Shown piece by piece: positions 46,921-56,826 of a stretch of DNA of 64,000 bases; positions within the stretch are counted from its first letter, which is position 1; the number at the start of each line of letters is the position of its first letter. This stretch comes from Chitinophagaceae bacterium BSSC1 (lineage in GTDB: Bacteria > Bacteroidota > Bacteroidia > Chitinophagales > Chitinophagaceae): NCBI GenBank assembly GCA_002256435.1, contig NKJC01000002.1, positions 227,996 to 291,995 of the forward strand. The letters are read 5' to 3'. Made by a program: the position numbers and the translations under genes. Under the pieces are notes generated by a model. That model saw only the letters and a list, made by a program, of their open reading frames with translations. It made no database searches and was not told where the DNA came from.

Positions 46921-49395
46921 TTATGCATTAATAAATGCGATATGCCATTTAATTTTTTCTTGTTTGGTTACATCCTCTTTAGAAATAAAGAGTAAGCGAT
47001 AATATTTACCCGCGGCCCAACTATTGATAAAATTGTCGTAGAATTTGCTGCCTGGATTCCCATTCTGACCTCCTGGATAAACACCATAGGCTTCAATCAC
47101 ATCTGTCATTTGAACAATCATTCTCCAACTAGGTCCATGTACAGTACCTGTGGCATTGATACAATTTTCACCCCCACCAATGGGTAAGTGCAAACTACTC
47201 AGTGCAGATATTTTCAATAAATGCTCTACTTTGGTGTCTTTATATGCTCCCCAATCCAATTTCTTCCCTTCCATAACCATTTTATCCATAGCAGCAGATG
47301 CTCTAACAACAGCTTCCATCACAGCATCCTGAATGGTTTCCGTTTTAGTGGTGGTAAGAATATTATCTGCATAAGCGTAAACACTGTCTTTGAGCAAATG
47401 CTCTAACAAAGTAGAAGACTCCGGCCAAGGCATTGGTTTTGCTGCTTTTTGAAAATCATCCTTCCAAACCACATTTTCCAAACTATCCCAGACGTTGTTA
47501 AATACTGTAATTCCTTGTTCTGTGATATCATTTCTTAGATTCCAATTCTTAAGGATCTCAACGTATTTTTTCTGAGGCTTGGTTAGTTTGCTTTCATTGA
47601 TATATTTTAACAGCACGGGTCTTGCCATTTCTGCAAATACATTCACGTTTTCCATTTGTAGCATTTGCATATCCGTGGTAGTAATATCATTTAAGACCGC
47701 CAGTTTGCGGTTGATGATAATGCCTCTATAAATTGGAAATGCTGAAGCTCCTCCCAAATAATATGGATAACTGGTATCAGTTGACATTTGGTTAGCACTA
47801 CTCACAAATTGCCTAGCAGGATTCCTTACCATAGGATTCTCATTTTCAGGAATGATTCCCTGCCAATTGAAACTACTATCAGAGCCTGGCATGATAAAAT
47901 CACCCTGCCTATTCCATCTAGCTACAAATGCCCCTTGCTGTTTAATAGCAATATCACCTGATTTGGAAGCAAAAGCAAAATTTTGGCCAGGACACCACCA
48001 ATTGCTGATGGCCGATTGGTAATCATCAAAATTTTTAGCCCTGTTTAACTTATAAAATGTTTGTAAACCATTGCCCGCAATATTAGCCGTCCAAGCAACA
48101 GCAAGACTCCTCCCCTTGGTACTTTCATTACTATAACTATGGTCATACATCACAGGACCATAGACCGTCATGGCTATCTTCTCTTCTATTTCAGGTTTAC
48201 CTTTTATTTTAATGACTTCTACACGTTGTTCTGCTTTTTTCCAAACCCCATTATACCAGTATTCCTTCATGGTGCTGTCTCTAAAATGCATATCGTAATA
48301 GTCAAATACATCTCTACCTGCATTGGTTACACCCCATGCAATACTATCATTAAACCCAATAATTACTGCAGGTGAACCCGGGAAACTAGCACCATAGGTA
48401 TTGTGGGTAGGGGTATTAATTTGAACCTCATACCAGAGTGATGGAAGGTTTAAACCCAAATGTGGGTCATTACAAAGAATGGGTCTACCAGACCTGGTCT
48501 TCTTACCAGAAACCGCCCAGTTATTACTTCCATTATTTTTGTTTGGAGGGGCTGGACTACTCACATTCACTGTAGCTTTAACTTGGTGCAAATAAAGTGA
48601 ATCAGACTTGGCAGGTTTAACAGGTTTGATGCTGGGTTTGCCATAGATGGTAGAAGGAGGCAAAATTGGATCCAAAGAATCTTGGAGATTGGGAAATAGT
48701 TGGTTGAATGATTCAAAACCCAAATAATCACGGGCATTGGTCATTTTTAAATCTGAAGAAACGCCCCTTCCTGAAAGGTCATAAGACATAAACATCAGGA
48801 ACAAATAGGTTTTTAAAGGGGTCCAGTTTTCTGGGCGATAGTCTAATAATTTATATTCAAATGGGAGGTCTTCTGGTTTTAGCAATTTGATATAAGCATT
48901 GACCCCCTCAGTATAGGCATCAACCGTAGCCTGCATTTCACGGTTATTGTCCATCTTGGCCATGGTTTGTTCTGCACCATAAACCATACCCATTCTTCGG
49001 AAATAACGATCTATATCTAGTTTACTATCACCCAATATTTCACAGAGTCTTCCAGATGCCACATAGGTTTGAAACTCCATTTGCCATAGACGGAATTTAG
49101 CGTGTAAAAACCCTTGCACATAATAGGCATCTAAGTCATTTTGTGCATAGATATGGGGAACCAAACGTTCGTCCATATAAACGTCTACTTTATTTTTTAA
49201 TCCCCGAGTATTGATTTGGGCATTGAAAGAACTATTGGTGGGTTCGGCGTTTTGCCAGAAACCTTGCTGAGGAGAAAGAAAGTATCCTAATCTGGGTGTT
49301 TTAGAGGCACCAAGTGGGATTTGCATATTCAAGACTGTTACCAAACCAATGGTAATAGCAGTGGAAGCAATGAATGGAAGAAGTCTCATGGCCAT
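46921..49395 (-). CDS. Penicillin-acylase-family Ntn hydrolase (possible acyl-homoserine-lactone or beta-lactam acylase)
   Basis: 824 aa with an N-terminal signal anchor and an autoproteolytic nucleophile context, NNG/SNNWAVSG. Confidence 0.85.
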   Translation of the reverse strand: MAMRLLPFIASTAITIGLVTVLNMQIPLGASKTPRLGYFLSPQQGFWQNAEPTNSSFNAQINTRGLKNKVDVYMDERLVPHIYAQNDLDAYYVQGFLHAKFRLWQMEFQTYVASGRLCEILGDSKLDIDRYFRRMGMVYGAEQTMAKMDNNREMQATVDAYTEGVNAYIKLLKPEDLPFEYKLLDYRPENWTPLKTYLFLMFMSYDLSGRGVSSDLKMTNARDYLGFESFNQLFPNLQDSLDPILPPSTIYGKPSIKPVKPAKSDSLYLHQVKATVNVSSPAPPNKNNGSNNWAVSGKKTRSGRPILCNDPHLGLNLPSLWYEVQINTPTHNTYGASFPGSPAVIIGFNDSIAWGVTNAGRDVFDYYDMHFRDSTMKEYWYNGVWKKAEQRVEVIKIKGKPEIEEKIAMTVYGPVMYDHSYSNESTKGRSLAVAWTANIAGNGLQTFYKLNRAKNFDDYQSAISNWWCPGQNFAFASKSGDIAIKQQGAFVARWNRQGDFIMPGSDSSFNWQGIIPENENPMVRNPARQFVSSANQMSTDTSYPYYLGGASAFPIYRGIIINRKLAVLNDITTTDMQMLQMENVNVFAEMARPVLLKYINESKLTKPQKKYVEILKNWNLRNDITEQGITVFNNVWDSLENVVWKDDFQKAAKPMPWPESSTLLEHLLKDSVYAYADNILTTTKTETIQDAVMEAVVRASAAMDKMVMEGKKLDWGAYKDTKVEHLLKISALSSLHLPIGGGENCINATGTVHGPSWRMIVQMTDVIEAYGVYPGGQNGNPGSKFYDNFINSWAAGKYYRLLFISKEDVTKQEKIKWHIAFINA

Positions 49396-49443
49396 GTTTT
49401 GTTGGATAAAAATACCTAATTTTCAATTGACCAAGCCTAGAAC

Positions 49444-49677
49444 ATGGAAAGCCCAAAACAAAAAGACCCTTTACACGGCAAAACACTGGAAGCAATTGTA
49501 ACTTTTCTTGCCAATCATTATGGATGGGAAGAATTAGGAAGGAGAATCCGAATCAATTGTTTTTTGGATAACCCAAGTATCCAATCCAGTTTGAAATTTC
49601 TGAGAAAAACACCCTGGGCAAGGGCCAAAGTAGAACAATTGTACATAGACAGCTTTCAGAACTTAACAACTATTTAG
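49444..49677 (+). CDS. VF530/DUF2132-family small DNA-binding-type protein
   Basis: 77 aa with DPLHGKTLEAIVTFLANHYGWEELG...KFLRKTPWARAKVEQLYI. Confidence 0.7.
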   Translation: MESPKQKDPLHGKTLEAIVTFLANHYGWEELGRRIRINCFLDNPSIQSSLKFLRKTPWARAKVEQLYIDSFQNLTTI

Positions 49678-50995
49678 CCAACACAATCTTATATTTTGTA
49701 CCCTTGATTTTAAAGGGTTCTACTAATTTTAAAAAGGCAGAAACCTTGGTTTTCTTTACGGCCACAAAGCTGTTAAAGTCTTTAACCACAATCAATCCCA
49801 AATCCTCTTTTGCCAATTTCCCCTGTTGCAAAAAGAACCCAACAATGTCAACCTTATTAAGTTTGTCTTTTTTCCCGCCATTGATATAAATAGTAGCAAA
49901 CACTGCTGGTTTGGGTGGCTTAAGTTTAGCCGGTAATTCTAAAGGAACAAATGATTCCCGCAGGTAATAGGGCATTGGTTCTTCTTGGTGCATCAGCAAA
50001 TAAGCTGTGCCAGTGGCGTGCATCCTAGCCGTTCTGCCATTTCTATGGGTAAATTCAGCTTGTGTAGATGGAAGATGATAATGAATTACGTGCTTGATTT
50101 CTGGAATATCAAGCCCCCTTGCTGCAAGATCGGTGGCCACTAAAAATTGTACAGAACCGTTTCTAAATTGAATCAAAGTTTGCTCACGTTGCATTTGCTC
50201 CATTCCACCATGAAAAGCTGCATTAGCAATCCCTTTTTCCGTTAACAATTGAGAAGTCCTTTCCACTGCATCACGATGGTTACAGAAAATGATGGTAGAT
50301 TCATTACCTATATAACAAAGCAGTTGAAACAATCTTTCAACCTTGTCTTTGGTAGCTGAAACCACCAGTTGCAAATTTAATTGCCCCTCTTCTTCTTCCC
50401 TATTCATAAAGTCTACCACATACAAGTCTCTAACGCCTGTAAATTCAGGGATGGCAATGGAGGCGGTGGCCGATACCAAAACTCTTTTGGACAAATGTGG
50501 GATTTCACCAATCACAAAACCCATTTCGTCTTCAAAACCAAGGGCCAATGATTTGTCAAATTCGTCTAGGACTAAATATTTGATATTATCAAGAGAAAGT
50601 GTTTCTCTTTTAAAATGATCGGCTATTCTACCAGGAGTTCCAATGAGTAAAGCAGGAGGTTCCACTAAATTCTGAATCTCCGTTTGCATATCATGACCAC
50701 CATAACAACAACTTACTTTAAAACCTGTTTGCATTTTTTTCCAAACCTGTTCTATTTGTATGGCTAGCTCTCTAGATGGTGTCAAAATCAAGCACTGAAC
50801 CAAGTTGACTTCTTTGTCTAAAAGGGCTTCAACAGCTAACAAAAATGCCAAGGTTTTTCCAGAACCCGTTGGGGCTAATAAAAGTGTGTCTACCTTATCC
50901 AAGATGGCTTGTGAGCCCTTTTCCTGCATGGGGTTGAGGGCCTTAATAGAAAGACTTTCCAAGATATTGGCTACACGGTTCTGATTCAATTGCAT
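49670..50995 (-). CDS. DEAD-box-family ATP-dependent RNA helicase with a DbpA-type C-terminal RNA-binding domain
   Basis: 441 aa from ATG 50995. Motifs are PTGSGKT, DEFD (at the motif II position), SAT, and HRNGRTAR. The C-terminal segment is ...IYINGGKKDKLNKVDIVGF.... Confidence 0.85.
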   Translation of the reverse strand: MQLNQNRVANILESLSIKALNPMQEKGSQAILDKVDTLLLAPTGSGKTLAFLLAVEALLDKEVNLVQCLILTPSRELAIQIEQVWKKMQTGFKVSCCYGGHDMQTEIQNLVEPPALLIGTPGRIADHFKRETLSLDNIKYLVLDEFDKSLALGFEDEMGFVIGEIPHLSKRVLVSATASIAIPEFTGVRDLYVVDFMNREEEEGQLNLQLVVSATKDKVERLFQLLCYIGNESTIIFCNHRDAVERTSQLLTEKGIANAAFHGGMEQMQREQTLIQFRNGSVQFLVATDLAARGLDIPEIKHVIHYHLPSTQAEFTHRNGRTARMHATGTAYLLMHQEEPMPYYLRESFVPLELPAKLKPPKPAVFATIYINGGKKDKLNKVDIVGFFLQQGKLAKEDLGLIVVKDFNSFVAVKKTKVSAFLKLVEPFKIKGTKYKIVLAK

Positions 50996-51090
50996 GCGCA
51001 AAGATACAGAATTGGGTTGGCGGACAATACTGCCATTTCAATTTCGCCATTAGATAGTTCTGAAGGATATTTGCAGCAATTATCTAATTC

Positions 51091-51699
51091 ATGGAATTAT
51101 CACAACATACCAAAAACATACTGGGACTTCAACTACCTACAGACCCAAGATGGGTAGACTTGGCCAGTATCTCTATTGAAGCCATACTAACTGACCATGC
51201 TTACTGTGAAATGAAAGCAGCCCTAACCTGTATGTCTTATATTCAACGATACCCTCAAAATAGTTTGATGGTAGAATCACTAGCACCCATTGTTACTGAA
51301 GAATGGGGACACTTTAGAATGGTCTTGGCTGAATTAAAAAAACGCGATTTGCCACTAGGCAAACAAAGAAGGGATGAATACGCCAATAGATTGATGGATT
51401 TTCAAAAAAAAGGAGGACACCCTGATGATCGTTTTTTGGATCAAATGCTAACCATGGCATTAATAGAAGCTAGAAGTTGTGAGCGATTTAAGCGATTGAG
51501 TGAAGGTCTAGAAGACGAATATCTAAGAGGATTCTATAGAAAATTCATGGAAAGTGAAGCCGGACATTATACCTTATTTATCAATTTAGCAGACCATTAT
51601 ATGGACAAAACATTGGTTAGAAATAGATGGAAGGAATGGCTGGAATTTGAAATAGGCGTAATGAAAGATTTAGAAATTAGTGGTGAACGCATTCACTAA
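51091..51699 (+). CDS. miaE: tRNA-(ms2io6A37)-hydroxylase
   Basis: 202 aa with diiron ferritin-like motifs (DHAYCEMKAA, EEWGHF, EARSCERF, ESEAGHY). Confidence 0.85.
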   Translation: MELSQHTKNILGLQLPTDPRWVDLASISIEAILTDHAYCEMKAALTCMSYIQRYPQNSLMVESLAPIVTEEWGHFRMVLAELKKRDLPLGKQRRDEYANRLMDFQKKGGHPDDRFLDQMLTMALIEARSCERFKRLSEGLEDEYLRGFYRKFMESEAGHYTLFINLADHYMDKTLVRNRWKEWLEFEIGVMKDLEISGERIH

Positions 51700-51717
51700 C
51701 TCTTCAAAATTTATTTT

Positions 51718-52728
51718 TTATTGATCAGCCCGTATACCTGTTTTAAAATAAGACAATTCATTGCAAAAGTCTAAATAGGTGTATTGGTTTGATAATACAC
51801 GCGTTTTCTCCAAGTAGTTGTTTAAAAACTGTTGGTGCTGTTGAGACTGCTGGTTAAATGGTTTGTGTTGAAAGGCCAAATTGATTTCTGCAATTTCTTT
51901 CATGAGCTCCTGGGTAGGTTCACTCATACATGCGCCAATTAATTTTTCCCAAACATATTGTGTAGCGTGATAATTGGGGTGAACTAAGTCCTCTGCATAA
52001 AAACGGTAATCACGTAAATCATCTATCACCAATTCATAAGCAGGAAAATAATAAAGCTTACTAAACTTGTCAACTAATTGGTGAACGGCTTGTATTAATA
52101 CTGCCTTACTCCGATTGTTTTCAATCACACCTTCTCTCAGATGCCTTACTGGACTAATGGTAAAAACAATGTTTAATTTTGGATTGAACCTAAATAATCT
52201 ATGCAAGAGATTGTCCAATACCACTAAGGTTTGTTCTACTGTTAATAAACGCTTAGAAAACCAATCAGCTGGCGCTTTATGGTTGTTAGCAGCTACCGAA
52301 CCAGCTTTATTGCCTAGTGCCATATCCGATAACTCGTATACCCAAGCTGACCCCAAAGTAAGCACTAAAAAATCAGCCTCTTTTAAATAAGCATGCGCCT
52401 CTGATGTGGATTGATTAATGCCGTTCAAACATTCCTGAGCTTGAAAGTTTGAAAACCTACTATGGTGATCCCAACTATGCCATGCATCATTGTATGAAAA
52501 AATGTCCGATTCGGTGACCAATTTATTTTCAATACAATGGGTAATGGTTTGGGAAACGCTTACTGGGTTAAACAAAATTCCAGCTGGGTTTTCCAAGACA
52601 GAAAACTTCATCTTTCTTAACTTATCACCAATGTTCTCCGTAAAGCAAGAACCTACTAACATCAATTTATGTTGGTGTGCAATGGGATTACTTAGTTTTT
52701 GTACAGCAAACTCGTAATGAAACTTCAT
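51718..52728 (-). CDS. GSCFA-domain protein
   Basis: 336 aa with the N-terminal LVGSCFTENIG signature. Confidence 0.75.
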   Translation of the reverse strand: MKFHYEFAVQKLSNPIAHQHKLMLVGSCFTENIGDKLRKMKFSVLENPAGILFNPVSVSQTITHCIENKLVTESDIFSYNDAWHSWDHHSRFSNFQAQECLNGINQSTSEAHAYLKEADFLVLTLGSAWVYELSDMALGNKAGSVAANNHKAPADWFSKRLLTVEQTLVVLDNLLHRLFRFNPKLNIVFTISPVRHLREGVIENNRSKAVLIQAVHQLVDKFSKLYYFPAYELVIDDLRDYRFYAEDLVHPNYHATQYVWEKLIGACMSEPTQELMKEIAEINLAFQHKPFNQQSQQHQQFLNNYLEKTRVLSNQYTYLDFCNELSYFKTGIRADQ

Positions 52729-52731
52729 GCT

Positions 52732-53619
52732 TTAATGATTGCTTTTGGATTCAAAGATTTGGTCTGCTATCATCATGGCTTCAGACAAAGCCAGTTCATT
52801 AATAGGTAGATTTATACCCTTTGCAGATAAATATGGAATAAGTTGTAGGGTATCCATATTACCTACCAATTGGTCTTGTGCCATGGGACAACCTCCAATA
52901 CCTCTGATAGCACCATCAATTCTTTGGCAACCACCATCTAGTGCAGCTTGGATTTTTTCTTGAAAACTGTTAGCACTACTATGTAAATGAACGCCAATGG
53001 TGGTAGTAGAAAATCTTGGAACCAATGCAGCTAATGCATTATAAATAGCTTGGGCACTGGCCATGCCTACTGTATCAGCTAATGAGATAATTTGAATACC
53101 CATTGCTGCCATGGTTTCGGTCCATTCTATTAATAGATTACTACTATAAGGATCGCCATATGGATTTCCAAAACCCATGCTCAAATAAAGTACCAATTGT
53201 TTCTTATTTGCCTGGCAGAGCAATTGAATTTGTTGCACAGTTTCCAAGCTCTGCTCCATACTACTATTGGTGTTGCGCAACTGAAAAGTTGGAGAAAGTG
53301 AAAAAGGGAATCCAATATATTGAATGGCACTATAGTCCATTGCTGTTTGGGCTCCTCTCAAATTGGCTACAATAGCTAACAATTGATTTTTTGCCACTAA
53401 GCTCTGATCTAACCCTTCTAAGACCATTGCGGTATCAGCCATTTGAGGAATAGCTTTTGGCGATACAAAACTGCCAAAATCCAAACTATGAAAACCCACT
53501 TTCATCAAGCTATTCAAGTAACGAATCTTGTCTGCCGTAGCAATAGCATGCGGCCACCCCTGCATGGCGTCACGGGGGCATTCTATTAATTGAATGGTAT
53601 GTTGATGAACAATAGACAA
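52732..53619 (-). CDS. Hydroxymethylglutaryl-CoA lyase
   Basis: 295 aa, HMGL-like TIM barrel (ECPRDAMQG, HLHSS). The TTG start is forced by an in-frame TAG at 53629-53631. Confidence 0.8.
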   Translation of the reverse strand: MSIVHQHTIQLIECPRDAMQGWPHAIATADKIRYLNSLMKVGFHSLDFGSFVSPKAIPQMADTAMVLEGLDQSLVAKNQLLAIVANLRGAQTAMDYSAIQYIGFPFSLSPTFQLRNTNSSMEQSLETVQQIQLLCQANKKQLVLYLSMGFGNPYGDPYSSNLLIEWTETMAAMGIQIISLADTVGMASAQAIYNALAALVPRFSTTTIGVHLHSSANSFQEKIQAALDGGCQRIDGAIRGIGGCPMAQDQLVGNMDTLQLIPYLSAKGINLPINELALSEAMMIADQIFESKSNH

Positions 53620-53636
53620 GAAAGTTAGCTAATGAG

Positions 53637-54377
53637 TTAGATTCTTTGTTTAAGTGCTTCGTATAAAATAATTCCGGTAGCCACTGAAACATTGTAAGAA
53701 TCAAAACTACCCGCCATTGGAATTTTAAAGAACTGGTCTGCAGCTTTTGCTAAATAAGGTTGGACTCCTTTGCCTTCATCACCCATGATAATACAGCATG
53801 GTTCTTTCATAGATAAATCAGCCACTAGTTTCTCTGCTTTCATACCACTGGTATACACTTGAATCCCATTCAAATGCAAGGTATCAACTGCTTTCAACAA
53901 ACTGTTCACCCTACAAATATGTATGGATTCCAATGCACCAGCACTACTCTTCATGGCTTCTTCATTCAACGCGCCCACTCCTTTATCTGGAATAATAATG
54001 GCTTGTGCACCCGTACAAACTGCGGTACGTGCAATGCCTCCAATATTGCGCACATCTGTAATCCCATCTAACATGAGGAACAAGGGACTTAATCCATCTG
54101 CCACCACTTGATCAATCACGTCTTGTAAATCCATATAAGCTACCCTAGCTACAAAAGCCATTACCCCTTGGTGATTGGCTCTAGAAAGGCTGCTTAATTT
54201 TTCAATGGGAACTACTTGAATGGGAATATTTTTTTCCTTAGCTAATTGCCTAATAACGGCAATATTTTCCCCTTCCACATTTTTTTGAAAAAGGATTTTG
54301 TCAATGGCTTTACCAGACTTGATGGCTTCTATCAATGGCTGTCTTCCAATGATTAATCGATCTTGATTTACGGGCAT
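53637..54377 (-). CDS. rlmB: 23S rRNA (guanosine-2'-O)-methyltransferase RlmB-type SpoU methyltransferase
   Basis: 246 aa with a SpoU substrate-binding N-domain and a TrmH-family C-domain (NVSVATGIILYE). Confidence 0.85.
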   Translation of the reverse strand: MPVNQDRLIIGRQPLIEAIKSGKAIDKILFQKNVEGENIAVIRQLAKEKNIPIQVVPIEKLSSLSRANHQGVMAFVARVAYMDLQDVIDQVVADGLSPLFLMLDGITDVRNIGGIARTAVCTGAQAIIIPDKGVGALNEEAMKSSAGALESIHICRVNSLLKAVDTLHLNGIQVYTSGMKAEKLVADLSMKEPCCIIMGDEGKGVQPYLAKAADQFFKIPMAGSFDSYNVSVATGIILYEALKQRI

Positions 54378-54382
54378 TTGCT

Positions 54383-54943
54383 TTATTTTAGTTTCCCTTC
54401 TAGGAACAATAATTTTGTTTTTTGTATAGCTGCAACGCTCATACTGTCTTTGATTTTTCCATCCATGACCATTTGATAGGCTTCTTCAAATGGCAGTTTT
54501 TTAATTTGCAATTGTTCTGTTTCTTCTGGTTCAGCCTGATATTGAGTTAAATCAGTTGCAAGATACAGAATGGCAAGCTCGTCACTCACAGAATTTGACA
54601 AATGCATTTCTAATAACCGATCCCATTTTTTGGCCACCAATCCCGTTTCTTCTAATAATTCGCGTTTAGCACTATCTAAGGGATCCGTTCCAACGGGGCC
54701 TCCGCCTTCTGGGATTTCCCAACTATATTCCTCTATTGTGTAACGGTACTGACCCACTAAATAGGTGTTGTTATGCTCATCTAACACCATGACCCCAACT
54801 GCTCTATTTTTAAAATGTACCTTCCCATAAATGCCTGTTCCTCCTCCAGGATTAATCACATCATATTCCGTTAATTGAATCCAAGGATTTTCATAAATAG
54901 ATTTTGACGCAAGGGTTTTCCAAGGATTCTCTTCTAGATTCAT
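54383..54943 (-). CDS. NUDIX hydrolase (ADP-ribose pyrophosphatase-like)
   Basis: 186 aa with Nudix box GGGPVGTDPLDSAKRELLEETGL. It has a 4-nt ATGA overlap with the upstream gene. Confidence 0.85.
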   Translation of the reverse strand: MNLEENPWKTLASKSIYENPWIQLTEYDVINPGGGTGIYGKVHFKNRAVGVMVLDEHNNTYLVGQYRYTIEEYSWEIPEGGGPVGTDPLDSAKRELLEETGLVAKKWDRLLEMHLSNSVSDELAILYLATDLTQYQAEPEETEQLQIKKLPFEEAYQMVMDGKIKDSMSVAAIQKTKLLFLEGKLK

Positions 54944-55440
54944 GGCACCTGTTTTTTGAACAAATTGGGTATGGAGATCAATAAATACAATAACACTATT
55001 CCAACCAAGCTAAACTTAATTAGAGCAGCATACCTAGTAAGTTCAAGTGATAATGGACTATAATGTTGATCAATAGTTTGGAGCATGAGTAAATTCTCAG
55101 CAATGTCTAAGACTCCAGCCACAAGGGCCAATCTAGCCATTAGCCAACCTAAAAATTGCATCTTGGAATTGACCCATTTTGAAGCTATTCCTTCTGCTGC
55201 CAGTGCTAAAAAAAACACATAAGCAACTATAAAGAGAAAGTCAATTTGAATATTTAATCTTACATCTTTAATAGTCCAAACATTTAAGAGTGCTTGTACT
55301 CTTTCAGGATGATTGGCCAATTCCAAATCAACTATCGCCCTTGGGCTATCAGATGTTTTTAATACTGCCCCCTGCCAGCGAAGCGCTGCCATCATTAAAA
55401 TACAGAACAAAGCTGCTATATAGATGGGTTGTTTAAACAT
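54940..55440 (-). CDS. Hypothetical integral membrane protein
   Basis: 166 aa with four hydrophobic segments. It is the first gene of a co-oriented chain that runs through NUDIX, rlmB, HMG-CoA lyase and GSCFA. Confidence 0.5.
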   Translation of the reverse strand: MFKQPIYIAALFCILMMAALRWQGAVLKTSDSPRAIVDLELANHPERVQALLNVWTIKDVRLNIQIDFLFIVAYVFFLALAAEGIASKWVNSKMQFLGWLMARLALVAGVLDIAENLLMLQTIDQHYSPLSLELTRYAALIKFSLVGIVLLYLLISIPNLFKKQVP

Positions 55441-55483
55441 TACACTACAAAGTTACAGATAAGCCAATCCAGACGAAAATAAA

Positions 55484-55509
55484 AAACCCCCGCTTGGGAG
55501 CGGGGGTTT
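55484..55509 (-). terminator. Rho-independent terminator after metK
   Basis: The minus strand reads CCCCCGC-TCCCAA-GCGGGGG followed by TTTTTTATTTT. Confidence 0.8.
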
Positions 55510-55526
55510 CCAATAGTTATAGTTGA

Positions 55527-56777
55527 TTACAGACCAAATGCCTGTTTCACCTTTTTCACATAATCCAATTTCTCCCAAGTAAAGAGTTCCACTTTCACGG
55601 TTTTCTCTTTGCCAGAAGGGTCTTTGAAGGTCTTGTACACCACTTCATTCTTACGACCCATATGACCATATGCAGCAGTTTCGCTGTAGATGGGGGTACG
55701 CAGTTTCAAGCGCTGCTCAATAAAGTAAGGACGCATGTCAAAAATGCCTTGTACAATCTTTCCAATTTGACCATCGGTCATCTTTACTTTGGCAGTACCA
55801 TAAGTGTTTACATTAATGCTGGTTGGTTTGGCTACGCCGATGGCATAAGAAACCTGTACCAACACTTCATCAGCCAATCCAGCAGCAACCAGGTTCTTGG
55901 CAATATGCCTTGTAGCATAAGCTGCAGAACGGTCTACTTTGCTAGGATCTTTACCGCTGAAGGCTCCACCACCATGGGCACCTTTACCACCATAAGTATC
56001 AACAATGATCTTACGACCAGTTAAACCAGTGTCTCCGTGTGGTCCACCAATCACAAACTTACCCGTTGGGTTAATATGGTATTTGATGTCTGCGTTAAAC
56101 AGCTTGGCGTATTTCTTGTATTTTTTCTTAACCCTTGGAATCAGGATATTGATGATATCATCTTTGATCTTGGCCAACATTTTGGCTTCGCTGTCAAAGT
56201 CATCGTGTTGGGTAGATACCACAATGGCGTCAATCCTTACAGGTTTGTTGTTATCATCATACTCCAAAGTCACCTGGCTCTTTGCATCTGGACGCAAGTA
56301 TTGGATGGCTTTGTTTTCTCTGCGTAATGCAGCAAGTTCAATCAAGATCTTATGGGCAATATCCAAGGCCAAAGGCATATAGTCTTCGGTTTCATTGCTA
56401 GCATAACCAAACATCATCCCCTGGTCACCTGCACCTTGCTCTTCTTTTTTCTTCTTATCAACCCCTTGGTTAATATCGGCACTCTGCTCGTGAATGGCAG
56501 ACAAAATACCACAGCTATTGGCTTCAAACATGTATTCACTCTTGGTATAGCCAATCTTGCGAATCACACCCCTTGCAATCTCTTGCACATCCAAATAAGC
56601 TTTGGACTTTACTTCACCAGCCAAAATTACTTGACCAGTAGTAACCAAAGTTTCACAAGCAACTTTTGATTCTTTGTCAAAAGCCAAAAAGTTATCAATC
56701 AACGCATCAGAAATCTGATCCGCTACTTTGTCCGGATGGCCTTCAGACACACTCTCGGAAGTAAACAAATAAGGCAT
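55527..56777 (-). CDS. metK: S-adenosylmethionine synthase
   Basis: 416 aa with the canonical MetK motifs ([24 protein letters not shown]). Confidence 0.97.
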   Translation of the reverse strand: MPYLFTSESVSEGHPDKVADQISDALIDNFLAFDKESKVACETLVTTGQVILAGEVKSKAYLDVQEIARGVIRKIGYTKSEYMFEANSCGILSAIHEQSADINQGVDKKKKEEQGAGDQGMMFGYASNETEDYMPLALDIAHKILIELAALRRENKAIQYLRPDAKSQVTLEYDDNNKPVRIDAIVVSTQHDDFDSEAKMLAKIKDDIINILIPRVKKKYKKYAKLFNADIKYHINPTGKFVIGGPHGDTGLTGRKIIVDTYGGKGAHGGGAFSGKDPSKVDRSAAYATRHIAKNLVAAGLADEVLVQVSYAIGVAKPTSINVNTYGTAKVKMTDGQIGKIVQGIFDMRPYFIEQRLKLRTPIYSETAAYGHMGRKNEVVYKTFKDPSGKEKTVKVELFTWEKLDYVKKVKQAFGL

Positions 56778-56826
56778 AATGGGTATTTTTGAAAGTTATG
56801 GTTGCAAATATAAAGCAACCAATCAT

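Noticed and set aside
56778-56826. Possible SAM riboswitch in the 49-nt leader of metK, which contains the hairpin GGTTGC-N8-GCAACC
   Set aside because: The leader is far too short for SAM-I or SAM-IV. It lacks the AAAGCU-type conserved segment I associate with SAM-II. Only about 4 bp of pseudoknot pairing could be drawn. It more likely acts as a terminator or stabiliser for the upstream DUF4270 gene. A cmsearch with the SAM-II, SAM-V and SAM/SAH models would settle it.
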